64,000 nucleotides of DNA from an uncultured Candidatus Saccharibacteria bacterium (GTDB taxonomy: Bacteria; Patescibacteriota; Minisyncoccia; 2-02-FULL-40-12; GWA2-44-9): NCBI GenBank assembly GCA_964513645.1, contig CAZENF010000002.1:206072-270071 (forward strand). Reading direction: 5' to 3'. The notes beneath the pieces were generated by a model. That model was given only the letters and a program-made list of their open reading frames with translations. It made no database searches and was not told the DNA's origin. Position numbers and translations under genes: made by a program. The number at the start of each line of letters is the position of its first letter. Within the stretch, counting starts at the first letter, position 1. Shown piece after piece: positions 1-9,983 of this stretch.

Positions 1-77
1 TGAAAGTTGTTGTCGAGGGAATCAAAGTTCAGGGCTTTGATTCAGTTTTACCGGTCAGCCCTGAAAAGTACGAGCTG

Positions 78-605
78 TTGAGCTCGGCGATGATCAATTG
101 GGTCAAGAAGCACATCTATTGGGTTCTTCCGATGAGCGGCATGATGGTCGCTGGTGGAGGAACCTACTGGTACATGAGTCCTGGTTCGAATCAACCGCGG
201 ATACCTTCGCAGGTTGTCCCGTTTGTTCAGCAGGGCGGAGCGCCTCAGCCGGTCTATCAGATGGCCGTTCCGTGTCAGCAGCAGGTTCCATGCCAGCCGG
301 TCATCGTCTGTCAGACCGTGAACTGTCAGCCTACGGCGCCCTTACAAGCAGCGCCGCCGGTACAGGTTATGCCGCCGGCCGTTGTCCAACCAATGCAGGT
401 TGCTCCACCAACCGTGGTTCAGCCCCCGCCAGTTCAGCAGCCACCACCGACCGCAAGGCGGCCGGCTCCGGCGGTTCAAGGAGAAAAGTGTCCATGTGTG
501 GTAAAACCGGTGTTCGAGGAGGTTCAACCTGAACCGCCTCGACAACTGAATGCTCGGGATGATCGCCGCAGAGATATCTGGGCACCTCTCAGCGCAAAAC
601 GCTGA
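78..605 (+). CDS. Pro/Gln/Val-rich low-complexity hypothetical protein with hydrophobic N-terminus. The frame is open to the window start, so it may be 5'-partial.
   Basis: The ORF starts at a TTG with an ATG at 90. PQ-rich repeats (PPVQ, QPV) and locally high GC. A hairpin terminator follows at 627-673. Confidence 0.4.
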   Translation: MSSAMINWVKKHIYWVLPMSGMMVAGGGTYWYMSPGSNQPRIPSQVVPFVQQGGAPQPVYQMAVPCQQQVPCQPVIVCQTVNCQPTAPLQAAPPVQVMPPAVVQPMQVAPPTVVQPPPVQQPPPTARRPAPAVQGEKCPCVVKPVFEEVQPEPPRQLNARDDRRRDIWAPLSAKR

Positions 606-626
606 ACTTCTCCTCTCGATACTACA

Positions 627-673
627 ACGCACTTCCCCTGCCTTCTGGCAGGAACAGGAAGTGCGTTTTTTCT
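627..673 (+). terminator. Rho-independent terminator
   Basis: 10-bp stem ACGCACTTCC/GGAAGTGCGT followed by a T-run. Confidence 0.6.
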
Positions 674-719
674 TTTATAAAATCTTGAAAAAACCTGAAA
701 AAATGATAAAATTCCAACA

Positions 720-1160
720 ATGAAACACTTCACCAAAGGTCCGAAAGAAACCCAAAAATTAGGGTATTTTTTGTTAAATAGAATAGGTTTAAGGAGGCGC
801 CGGAACGCAATTGTGGTTTCTCTGTCTGGTGATTTAGGTGCTGGTAAAACGGTTTTGGTCAGAGGGTTGGCCAGGATATTGGGCATAAAATCAAAGATCA
901 AAAGTCCAACCTTTACTTTAATGAAGAAGTATAAAATTCCTCGCTCTAAAAATTCAAAATTTCTATATCACCTCGACTGTTACCGGCTCAAAAACCACAA
1001 AGATCTTCTGGTCCTGGGTATAGACGATATTTTAAAAGATAAAGAAAATATCGTGATGATTGAGTGGCCGGAAAGGGTCAAAAAAATCTTGCCAAAAAAA
1101 CACATCAAAGTATCCATCGATCACGTTAATGAAAATACCCGAAAAATATCTATAAAATGA
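720..1160 (+). CDS. tsaE: tRNA threonylcarbamoyladenosine biosynthesis ATPase TsaE
   Basis: P-loop GDLGAGKT, the HLDCYRL motif and the typical 146-aa size. Confidence 0.8.
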   Translation: MKHFTKGPKETQKLGYFLLNRIGLRRRRNAIVVSLSGDLGAGKTVLVRGLARILGIKSKIKSPTFTLMKKYKIPRSKNSKFLYHLDCYRLKNHKDLLVLGIDDILKDKENIVMIEWPERVKKILPKKHIKVSIDHVNENTRKISIK

Positions 1161-3808
1161 AAAAACTTATTCTTATTGATTCAAATGCTCTGGTGCACAG
1201 AGCTTTTCATGCTTTACCGCCAAGCTTGACCTCGCCAAAAGGCGTCATGACCAACGCTGTCTACGGTTTTACCTCCGTGCTCCTTAAGATGCTTAAAGAT
1301 CTCAAACCCGATTATATTGCGGCAACTTATGATCTTGCCGGGCCGACGTTCAGACATGAAGAATTTGAAGAATATAAGGCCCATCGCGCTAAAGCGCCCG
1401 ATGAACTCTATGCTCAAATTCCTTTGACCAAGAACATTCTTAAAGCTTTCGGTATTCCGATATATGAGCAACAAGGATTTGAAGCCGACGACCTGATAGG
1501 CTCGTTAGCTGAGGTTGCAAAGAAAGAAAAAGGCCTCCAGGTGGTGATAGTGACCGGCGATATGGATACGCTCCAGTTGGTGGATGACGATAAAGTCGTT
1601 GTTTTTACTTTGCGAAAAGGTCTGACCGATACGATAACCTATAACGAGCAGGAAGTTAAAAAAAGATACGGTATTAAGCCCGAACAGGTAATTGATTTCA
1701 AGGGCCTTAAGGGTGACCCATCTGACAATATCCCGGGCGTACCAGGAATAGGGGAGAAGACCGCTTCTTTACTGGTCCAGGAATTTGGAAATATCGAGGA
1801 AATGTATAACAAGATCGAGAACAGTTCTAAAAAAATCAAGCTTAGTCCCAAACTTCTTGAAAAATTAAAAGAGAACAAAGACCAGGCGTTTTTTTCAAAA
1901 AAATTAGCAACAATCATCCGTAATCTCGAAGTAGATTTTAATTTAGATAAAGCAAATTGGAGGAAAAATTTGAAGGAAGAAGATGTGGAATCGACGTTCA
2001 AGGATTTCGGATTTTATAGCTTAATAAAGCGTTTAGTTGAACTTGATATCACCGCCGTTCAAGCAATGCCTTTGGATGAAAAAAAAGAAGCACCTTTGGT
2101 TAAAAATGATTCCGTAGAGATTTTAAAGGGAAACAAGGAAATTAAAGGGCTTTTAAACAGAATAATGGATTTAAAAGAGCTGACCTTTGATATCAAAGAA
2201 GGAGTTTTTATTTTTACAGATAACGGTCAAAATTGTTCCGGTTTTGATCTGGAAGACATATCAATATCAAAATCAGGCAGCGATGAGTTGTGGAAGATTT
2301 TTGTTGCCATTTTTGAAAACGAAAAAATCCATAAATCCGGGCATGACCTGAAGCCGCTTCTTAAAAAATTTACTGAAAAAGGCATTCATGTTTCCGGCGT
2401 TGTTTTCGATACCAAGATCGCAGCCTACTTGCTTAAAGGCGATCGGAAAGATTATGAACTGCCGGTATTGTATCAAAATGAATTAGGCAAAGAGTTGTTT
2501 CCAGGCGATATGAATTATCTTCTTTCGATTCGGGAACTTAAAAAACATTTATGGGAAAAAATTAAAGAAAATGGCTTGGTAAAGCTTTTCGAAGAGATAG
2601 AAATGCCTCTGATACAAGTTTTGGCCGAGATGGAGCTTTTAGGTATTAAGATAGACCAAAGATCGCTTGAGAAGCTTTCAGGATCTGTTAATTCAGAGAT
2701 CAAAAAACTTGAGAAAGATATTTATAAATTCGCAGGAATTCAGTTTAACATTAACTCCCCGGCCCAGCTAAAGGAAATACTTTTTGAGCGCTTGGGAATT
2801 AAAGGCAAGGTCAGGAAAACAGCCAAAGGCTCTTTATCAACGGCAGCGGGAGAGCTTGAAAAATTGGCGGACGAACACCCGATAGTTAATTTGATATTAA
2901 AATACCGAGAACTTCAGAAACTAAAAACTACCTATATCGAACCATTCCCGCAATTGATAGACCCAAAGACTAAGAGGATACATACAACCTTCAATCAGGC
3001 TGGTACTGTCACAGGCAGGATATCAAGTCAGGACCCCAATTTACAGAATATTCCGGTCCGGACAGAACTGGGGCAGGAATTTCGGAAATCATTTGTTTCC
3101 GAAGTGGGATATAAATTGGTATCTTTTGACTATTCACAACTCGAACTTAGGATCGCAGCTCATATTTCGGGCGATAAAAAAATGTCTGCTGCTTTTAAAA
3201 GAGGAGAGGATATACATACCCGGACGGCGGCTGAGATATTTGAAGTTGCACCGGAAAATGTTACGCCGAATATGCGCCGCGAGGCCAAGGTCCTCAATTT
3301 TGGACTACTCTATGGAATGGGCCTTCTCGGTTTTCAGAGAGCGGCCGGGGTTTCCCGTGACCGGGCCAGAGAATTTATTGACCGGTATATGCAGGAATTT
3401 TCCGGGGTGGCAAAATACATGAACGATACGGAACAAAAGGCCAGAAAAGATGGGTTTGTCTCAACTATCTTTGGCCGTCGCAGGTATTTGCCTGAAATAA
3501 ATTCAGGCATCCCTCAGCTAATCGCTCAAGCCGAAAGAATGGCGATAAATCATCCGATACAGGGAACCGAAGGGGATTTTTTAAGGATAGCGATGGGACG
3601 GATACATGAACTTGTCTATAACGAATACAACGAGAACGACGTTAGAATGCTGCTGCAAGTTCATGACGAGCTTTTATTTGAGATAAAAAATAATTTAATT
3701 GAAGAAGTTTCGCCTAAGATCAAAAACATAATGGAAAATGTGGCCAAATTAGACGTTCCGTTAGTGGCTGATATAAAATCGGGAGACAACTGGAGAGACA
3801 TGTCATAA
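1157..3808 (+). CDS. polA: DNA polymerase I
   Basis: 883 aa. N-terminal 5'-3' exonuclease domain. Polymerase motifs RISSQDPNLQNIP, LSQIELR-like YSQLELRIAAH and QVHDELLFE. Confidence 0.95.
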   Translation: MKKLILIDSNALVHRAFHALPPSLTSPKGVMTNAVYGFTSVLLKMLKDLKPDYIAATYDLAGPTFRHEEFEEYKAHRAKAPDELYAQIPLTKNILKAFGIPIYEQQGFEADDLIGSLAEVAKKEKGLQVVIVTGDMDTLQLVDDDKVVVFTLRKGLTDTITYNEQEVKKRYGIKPEQVIDFKGLKGDPSDNIPGVPGIGEKTASLLVQEFGNIEEMYNKIENSSKKIKLSPKLLEKLKENKDQAFFSKKLATIIRNLEVDFNLDKANWRKNLKEEDVESTFKDFGFYSLIKRLVELDITAVQAMPLDEKKEAPLVKNDSVEILKGNKEIKGLLNRIMDLKELTFDIKEGVFIFTDNGQNCSGFDLEDISISKSGSDELWKIFVAIFENEKIHKSGHDLKPLLKKFTEKGIHVSGVVFDTKIAAYLLKGDRKDYELPVLYQNELGKELFPGDMNYLLSIRELKKHLWEKIKENGLVKLFEEIEMPLIQVLAEMELLGIKIDQRSLEKLSGSVNSEIKKLEKDIYKFAGIQFNINSPAQLKEILFERLGIKGKVRKTAKGSLSTAAGELEKLADEHPIVNLILKYRELQKLKTTYIEPFPQLIDPKTKRIHTTFNQAGTVTGRISSQDPNLQNIPVRTELGQEFRKSFVSEVGYKLVSFDYSQLELRIAAHISGDKKMSAAFKRGEDIHTRTAAEIFEVAPENVTPNMRREAKVLNFGLLYGMGLLGFQRAAGVSRDRAREFIDRYMQEFSGVAKYMNDTEQKARKDGFVSTIFGRRRYLPEINSGIPQLIAQAERMAINHPIQGTEGDFLRIAMGRIHELVYNEYNENDVRMLLQVHDELLFEIKNNLIEEVSPKIKNIMENVAKLDVPLVADIKSGDNWRDMS

Positions 3809-3817
3809 TATAACCTT

Positions 3818-4696
3818 ATGCCCGAACTACCGGAAGTCGAAACAATTGTCAGGGATTTGAGAAAAAAAGTTATTGGCCTGAGGATAACCGATTTTTGGTC
3901 GGACCGGGAAAAACCGGTCAAACAAGCCGGCGGTTCTGCTGGATTTAAAAAAGAAATTAAAGGTAAAAAAATATTATCGGTCACTCGCCGGGCTAAATTT
4001 ATTGTGATTGATATCGAAGGAGATAAGTCACTTTTTATTCATCAGAAGATATCGGGTCATGTGATGTATGGTAAGTGGAAATTAGAGAACGGTGCCTGGA
4101 TTTCTTCTGTCCCAGGACCGCTTAAAAATGATCGCCAGAACCAGTATATACGCTATATCTGGGCCTTTAATAATGGATATCAAATGGCGATGTCTGATTT
4201 GCGAAGATTTAGCCGCGTAATCTTGGTTAAGGACAAGGACGTTTCTAATTTAAAAGAAATTCGTGATTTAGGGCCCGAACCCTTGGAAGTTTCTCAAAAG
4301 GAGTTTAAGGATTTGTTTAAAAATAAACGCGGTAATTTAAAACCAGTCTTGATGGACCCATATTTTATAGTCGGCATCGGGAATATCTATGCCGATGAGA
4401 TACTCTGGGATTCAGGAATCCATCCTTTATCTCGAGTTGAGAATTTAAAAAAGGGCCATATTGAAAAAATATTCAATTCTATGATAAAAATCTTGAAAAA
4501 AGCTATCCAAGCCAAGGGTTCAAGTGTGGATGATTACCGTACTCCGTCAGGAGAGAAAGGGAGTTATCAGGAGATTGAAAAAGCGTATCAGCAGACGGGT
4601 AAAAAATGTTTTCGGGGCGATGGCGGTGTTATGAAGAGATTGGTAATTGGTCAAAGGTCAGCTCATTTTTGTCCGAAACATCAAAAACTTTTTTAA
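3818..4696 (+). CDS. mutM: Formamidopyrimidine-DNA glycosylase
   Basis: N-terminal MPELPEVE, H2TH region and a C-terminal zinc finger CxxC...C. Confidence 0.85.
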   Translation: MPELPEVETIVRDLRKKVIGLRITDFWSDREKPVKQAGGSAGFKKEIKGKKILSVTRRAKFIVIDIEGDKSLFIHQKISGHVMYGKWKLENGAWISSVPGPLKNDRQNQYIRYIWAFNNGYQMAMSDLRRFSRVILVKDKDVSNLKEIRDLGPEPLEVSQKEFKDLFKNKRGNLKPVLMDPYFIVGIGNIYADEILWDSGIHPLSRVENLKKGHIEKIFNSMIKILKKAIQAKGSSVDDYRTPSGEKGSYQEIEKAYQQTGKKCFRGDGGVMKRLVIGQRSAHFCPKHQKLF

Positions 4697-4705
4697 TATC
4701 TTAAA

Positions 4706-5722
4706 ATGCTGAAACTTAATCTCAATAAAATACTAATTATCAGCGGCATCACAGCCTTAGTTTTTGTTGCAATTTTTTTAATTTGGTGGCAGAAAGCTCC
4801 AATCACGATAAATAATGAAAATAAGACTACTCAAACTGTTGAGATCGGCCCCAAAAGTCCGATAACGGGCACTAATTGTGACAATGCCGCTCAACGGCCT
4901 CTGGCGGTAATGATATCTTCTGATCCGGTTACTCGCCCTCTTTCGGGTATAAGCCAGGCTGATATTGTTTTTGAAATGCCGGTGACGCCGAGTGGGGTCA
5001 CGAGAATGATGTCAATCTATCAATGCGAAGAGCCGAAAGATATCGGTTCTATTCGGTCTGCTCGCCAGGATTTTATCCCTTTGGCGGCAGGATTGGATGC
5101 AATCTACGCTCATTGGGGAGGGGAGCATGGCGCGCTTCAAAATCTGAACAACCACGTTATCGACAACATTGATGCGATGAAATATGAAACGGTCTATTTT
5201 TATCGGAAAGCCGGAGTACCGCAGCCACATAACGGTTTTAGCGACTATCAGCGCCTCGTCAATGGAGCCAAAGATCTTAATTATTCTTTGAGCAAGAATT
5301 TTTCCGGCTACCCTCATTTAGAAAAAAACCAAAATGCGAGAAATATTCTTAACTTGGTTAATTCAATTTCGATAGACTATACCTCGCCGTTCAATGTTTT
5401 ATGGAGTTATGATGAAAATTCAGACACTTATAAACGCTTAAGGAACGGCCAGCCTGAAACGGATAGGAATAACGGAAATCAGGTCTCCGTGAGCACAGTT
5501 ATCGTGATGAAGACCACTTCTTCTTTTACTTCTAAAGATTATTTGACTGTTGTTACGGCCGGAAACGGCGACGCTGTAATTTATCAGAACGGTGTTAAGA
5601 TAGAGGGCAAGTGGTCAAAAGACCCTGCGACCCTTGATAGCAAACTTTTCTTTTATGATAATGATGGAAAAGAAATTGAGCTTGCTCCAGGCAAAATTTG
5701 GGTTGAGATCGAGACAAATTAG
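4706..5722 (+). CDS. DUF3048 (YerB-like) membrane-anchored protein
   Basis: N-terminal TM helix. The RPLAVMISSDPVTRPLSGISQADIVFE block matches the DUF3048 signature. Confidence 0.6.
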   Translation: MLKLNLNKILIISGITALVFVAIFLIWWQKAPITINNENKTTQTVEIGPKSPITGTNCDNAAQRPLAVMISSDPVTRPLSGISQADIVFEMPVTPSGVTRMMSIYQCEEPKDIGSIRSARQDFIPLAAGLDAIYAHWGGEHGALQNLNNHVIDNIDAMKYETVYFYRKAGVPQPHNGFSDYQRLVNGAKDLNYSLSKNFSGYPHLEKNQNARNILNLVNSISIDYTSPFNVLWSYDENSDTYKRLRNGQPETDRNNGNQVSVSTVIVMKTTSSFTSKDYLTVVTAGNGDAVIYQNGVKIEGKWSKDPATLDSKLFFYDNDGKEIELAPGKIWVEIETN

Positions 5723-5731
5723 ATCCTAATT

Positions 5732-6679
5732 ATGGTCATTTTTCTATATGGCACTGACTCTTACCGCCTAAAAGAAGCGAGAGAGGAAATGATGAAGCGG
5801 TACAAATATAAATATCCAAGCGGGATAAATTTTTTCGTGTTTGATGTTTCTGAACCTAATGAACTCGAAAACCTTGAGAAGGTTTTAAAAAGTTCTTCAT
5901 TTTTTAATGAACATAAATTGGTGATCATTTCGAACTCATTCCTTAAAAAAAATATAGCCGAAAAATTATCGGCTATATTCAATAGCTATGATATTGGAAA
6001 ATCAAGCGACATAACCCTGATCGTTTCTGAAAACAGTACTGAAAAAGATCTCGGAACTAAGAATAAAGAGCTCTCAAAAACTCTTTTACAAAGTAAGATG
6101 GTTAAAAACTTCGAACCCTTGACCGGATCAAAACTGGAGGAGTGGATCATAAATGGGTTCAAATCAAGACTCTGTCAGATAAACACAAATGCTTTAAGAA
6201 GATTAACCAGTTTAACCGGTAACGATAGTTGGCGTTTGGCGAATGAAATAGATAAACTAACTGCCTATAAGGCCGGTAAAGAGGTGACTGTCAAAGATAT
6301 AGAAAGTTTAGTTTCTGGTAGCGAATCATCTAATGTTTTTGAACTTACCGATGCCATAAGTTTAGGAAATAGAAAAAAGGCCATTGAGCTTCTATATTTT
6401 AATATTTTTACTGGCCAAGACCCGTATTATCTTCTGACTATGATAGTTCACCACTTCAGAAATGTACTCATAGTTAAAGGTCTTTCAACATCAGGACAAT
6501 CCGAACCCGAAATAGTCAAAAAGACAAAACTTCACCCTTTTGTGGTCAAAAAATCTTTAAGAAGTAAGTTCAGTCTTGAAGACGGAACCCGGGTTTATAA
6601 GAGTTTGTTGGAACTTGATTCTGGTTTCAAGAACGGAGCCATTGACCTTAAAGACGAACTCTCCGGTCTCTTAATTTGA
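5732..6679 (+). CDS. holA: DNA polymerase III subunit delta
   Basis: N-terminal LYGTDSY motif and a delta-subunit-like 315-aa helical protein. Confidence 0.7.
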   Translation: MVIFLYGTDSYRLKEAREEMMKRYKYKYPSGINFFVFDVSEPNELENLEKVLKSSSFFNEHKLVIISNSFLKKNIAEKLSAIFNSYDIGKSSDITLIVSENSTEKDLGTKNKELSKTLLQSKMVKNFEPLTGSKLEEWIINGFKSRLCQINTNALRRLTSLTGNDSWRLANEIDKLTAYKAGKEVTVKDIESLVSGSESSNVFELTDAISLGNRKKAIELLYFNIFTGQDPYYLLTMIVHHFRNVLIVKGLSTSGQSEPEIVKKTKLHPFVVKKSLRSKFSLEDGTRVYKSLLELDSGFKNGAIDLKDELSGLLI

Positions 6680-6739
6680 AATAATCTGTCCTTTGGTTAT
6701 TATTACTGTCATCGTCCCTTAAAAACCTTAGGAGGCATT

Positions 6740-8737
6740 TTGAGTCAGGATCCGGTTGTAAATGAAAACCCAAAGCCGAGCTTGAAAAACCTTATTGATC
6801 AGGAAATATCATCTTATCTTGAAAAAAGGGTTCAGAAAGAACCTATCACGATATCTGATTTTTGGGATCTTCTCGAGGCCGACCCTCAATTGGCCCAGCT
6901 CTCGCATCAGAGACTTTATTCGGCCGTAGGTTCACGCGGATACGAAGATATCAGTTTTGAGGTTGATCCCAGGCGGGCCAAACTTCTTGAACTTGAGCCG
7001 GGTTTTGTGATGAGAGTACCCAAACTTTTCACTCAACGTCTTTATGGTATCGAAAAAGTTCTGTTCTCAGTCGATAATTATCTTTATATGGCAGCGGGTC
7101 AGGGCGAAGCTTCTCGGCAAATGCTGTATTTCTGGGGTCCTCCCGGTTCGGGCAAGACCACACTTGCTGAAATAATGCGCCGAGTTCTTGAAGAACATGG
7201 CTTTTGGCAGTTACAAGACTGCGAGCATCATGACAATCCTGTCGATGCTACTCCGCGTCATTTGCGGGCAAAGATATTCGAGGATTACGGAATATTTATT
7301 GATCCGCGCGCAGACATCTGTCCCAAATGCCGTAAAAAGCTTACTGGCGAATATGGGAACGATTACAGGAAGTTCAAAGTTGAGTGGAAAACATTTTCCC
7401 AGAGGAAAAGCTGCGGTATCGCTGTGGTTTCTGAAGTTGATCCGATAAATTTCAACATGGCTGTCATGATCGGCGAGGAAGATATCTCCAAGTTGGGGGA
7501 TTACAAAAGAGGCGATCCTGAAACTCTGATCTTGAACGGGGCGTTCAGTCGCGGTAAGCGCGGTATAAATGAGATAGTCGAAATATGGAAAAATCCGGTC
7601 GAGGCTCAAAGGCCTTTGCTGACCCAAACTCAGGAAAGATATGTTCCTTTGCCTAAATTTACCGGGCAGGTGTATTCGGAGACCGTAATTATCAGCCATT
7701 CAAATGAAACAGAGTGGAGAAAATTTAAATCCGACCCGACAAATGAAGCGACTATGAACCGTATTTATGTTGTAAAAGTTCCTCACAATCTTAGACTGAC
7801 CGAGGAAGTCCAGATCTATAAAAACTCATTTCTCGACAGATCTCTTAATTTCCGGAATATCCACATTGACCCGCATTCTCTTGAACAGGTCGCGATGTTC
7901 GTTCTTTTTACCAGAATGGACAACAAGAACTCTCAAGTGGAACCGCTGGTAAAAATAAAAATATATGACGGTCAGGACTTAACATCTTCCGGAGAGCCCG
8001 TTAACATTACCCTATCTAAGTTCGGCGAGTTAGCTGACCCTAAAGAGGGGATGGTCGGACTATCTTATCGGGATGCGACCAAAAGCATAATCGAAGAAAG
8101 TCTGGCCTATTATCGTTGTTTTTGGGAAAAGGATGAATATCTCTCCAAATGCGGGGGCTACCTTAACCCGCTCTGGCTTCACAAGGCCATGGTAAGATAT
8201 GTTCAGGAATCTGATATACCAAAAGATGCCGAGTGGCCAAGAGCCGGAAAAAAACAATGGCTTTCGTTTATCCAGGATGACCTTTATCATGAACTGCTCG
8301 AATCACTCAAAACGGATGTTATCCTGGCTCACCTTAAGAATATTCAGGGTTCATTTCAGAAAACGGTCGATTATCTTTTGGGAGTCTACACAGACAATCT
8401 GATCCGGTCTTTTAACAAAGAACCGGTTGACGAAGATTTTGTTAAATCTGTTGAGGAAAAACTTCTTATGTCTGAATCTGAAAAACAGGCTTTCAGGTCA
8501 GAAATGGCCAAGGCCGCGTTCAGTTTAAAGGTCGCCGGAGAAAGTATCGATTCCAGTGCTTCAGGAAAGCTAAAGTTTTCCCTCGAGACTCTTGCCAGAC
8601 AGAACATCATGAGATCAATAGCTCAGAAACTCGGTGATCATAGTGAGAAAACCCGATTGATAGAAGCTATGACACAGATCGGCTATGCCAAGATCGGCGC
8701 CGAGACCGTGCTTGAACACGTAGCCAGACATGCTTAA
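6740..8737 (+). CDS. prkA: PrkA/YeaG family serine protein kinase (AAA+)
   Basis: The GPPGSGKTTLAEIM Walker A motif in a PrkA AAA domain, 665 aa. TTG start after a GGAGG RBS. Confidence 0.85.
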   Translation: MSQDPVVNENPKPSLKNLIDQEISSYLEKRVQKEPITISDFWDLLEADPQLAQLSHQRLYSAVGSRGYEDISFEVDPRRAKLLELEPGFVMRVPKLFTQRLYGIEKVLFSVDNYLYMAAGQGEASRQMLYFWGPPGSGKTTLAEIMRRVLEEHGFWQLQDCEHHDNPVDATPRHLRAKIFEDYGIFIDPRADICPKCRKKLTGEYGNDYRKFKVEWKTFSQRKSCGIAVVSEVDPINFNMAVMIGEEDISKLGDYKRGDPETLILNGAFSRGKRGINEIVEIWKNPVEAQRPLLTQTQERYVPLPKFTGQVYSETVIISHSNETEWRKFKSDPTNEATMNRIYVVKVPHNLRLTEEVQIYKNSFLDRSLNFRNIHIDPHSLEQVAMFVLFTRMDNKNSQVEPLVKIKIYDGQDLTSSGEPVNITLSKFGELADPKEGMVGLSYRDATKSIIEESLAYYRCFWEKDEYLSKCGGYLNPLWLHKAMVRYVQESDIPKDAEWPRAGKKQWLSFIQDDLYHELLESLKTDVILAHLKNIQGSFQKTVDYLLGVYTDNLIRSFNKEPVDEDFVKSVEEKLLMSESEKQAFRSEMAKAAFSLKVAGESIDSSASGKLKFSLETLARQNIMRSIAQKLGDHSEKTRLIEAMTQIGYAKIGAETVLEHVARHA

Positions 8738-8752
8738 CGCATGTCTTTTTTT
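8726..8752 (+). terminator. Rho-independent terminator overlapping the prkA stop codon
   Basis: Stem AGACATGC/GCATGTCT followed by a T7 run. Confidence 0.6.
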
Positions 8753-8795
8753 GTGCTAATTTAAAATCCAGCTTCCTTGTTCCAAAGGGGAAAGC

Positions 8796-9983
8796 TTGGC
8801 TAAATTCAGAGATCTTTCACAATTAGACAGAGAATTTAATCGAAGTACCGGAGACAGACAAAGGCATGCGGCTTTGGTCAGAGAATTGATGAGAGATAAT
8901 CTGGCTCAGCTTTTGGAAGAGATCGATATTTTCCGGTCTGATAATCAAGACATGTCCGGTAATTTGCAAAAAATAAGCGTTAAGATGGCCAAAGAATATC
9001 GTTTTATTTTTGGCCACAGACCTCAAAATACGAAAGGGACTGGTCAGGCCGAGGGAGTTAAGAGGGGACAAGTGGTAGGGAGTATCAAAGATCAATCGGA
9101 TGGTGTTAGTGGCAAAGATAATTTGGGTGGAATTGAGAAAGGGAGATTGATATTTGAATTAACTCCCGAAGACATAGATGACATCCTGGATGATTCGGCC
9201 AAGGATCTCAATCTCCCATATTTAAGTCGGAGCAAATCTAATCAAGTCTTATCTTTATCTGAGGCACGGTGGCGTGGTCTGAAAGAGAACGGGATAGCTC
9301 CTCGGCTTGATCTCGAGGCTTCTTGGATTGAAAAAATAAAAAGAGAAAAAATGATGTCCAAGAATAAGAGCATAGCTCTTAACCCTAAATTCATAAACGA
9401 CGATCTCCGCTATCACGGCCTGGGCATTAAACAGCGTCTTCAGACAAATGTTCTTCTGGTCTGCATCATGGATAAATCAAGCTCAATGGATGCCAAGAAA
9501 AGATACTTCACGAAATGTTTCCTCTATGCCGTTTACAATTTTGTCAGAGAAAAATATCTCAATTCGGACAGGTTGTTCATACTTCATGACACCGAAGCCC
9601 AGGAAACCGATTCCGATAAATTCTTCCGTGTTTCCGGTGACGGCGGAACCGCTATTTCGAGTGGCCCCAAAAAGGCCCTCGAATTGATAAATAAAAGATA
9701 TGACCAGGAACAATGGGATATATATTGTGTTCATTGTACTGACGGTGAAAATAATTCCAACGATAGTATTGAAGACGTGGTCAAAGTGTTCAAAGACCTG
9801 CTGGCCATCTCCAAACTTATCGGTTTCGCTGAGATCCAACCGGATAAAACGGACACGACCGCTTTTACCGATTCTGTTGTCCGTGGAGTTAAGAATGAAA
9901 GATTCAGAAAAATATTCATCACGAAAAAAGAAGATCTCCGGAGAGCTTTCGACGATTTTTTGAGTATTGAGCAGGAGGTTTAA
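8796..9983 (+). CDS. DUF444 (YeaH/YhbH) vWA-like protein
   Basis: The block LLVCIMDKSSSMD...GGTAISSG...QWDIYCVHCTDGENN aligns with the conserved E. coli YeaH block. Confidence 0.85.
   Translation: MAKFRDLSQLDREFNRSTGDRQRHAALVRELMRDNLAQLLEEIDIFRSDNQDMSGNLQKISVKMAKEYRFIFGHRPQNTKGTGQAEGVKRGQVVGSIKDQSDGVSGKDNLGGIEKGRLIFELTPEDIDDILDDSAKDLNLPYLSRSKSNQVLSLSEARWRGLKENGIAPRLDLEASWIEKIKREKMMSKNKSIALNPKFINDDLRYHGLGIKQRLQTNVLLVCIMDKSSSMDAKKRYFTKCFLYAVYNFVREKYLNSDRLFILHDTEAQETDSDKFFRVSGDGGTAISSGPKKALELINKRYDQEQWDIYCVHCTDGENNSNDSIEDVVKVFKDLLAISKLIGFAEIQPDKTDTTAFTDSVVRGVKNERFRKIFITKKEDLRRAFDDFLSIEQEV

Noticed and set aside
3093-3422. 109-aa ORF inside polA in another frame
   Set aside because: Embedded in the conserved PolA polymerase domain, so a shadow ORF.
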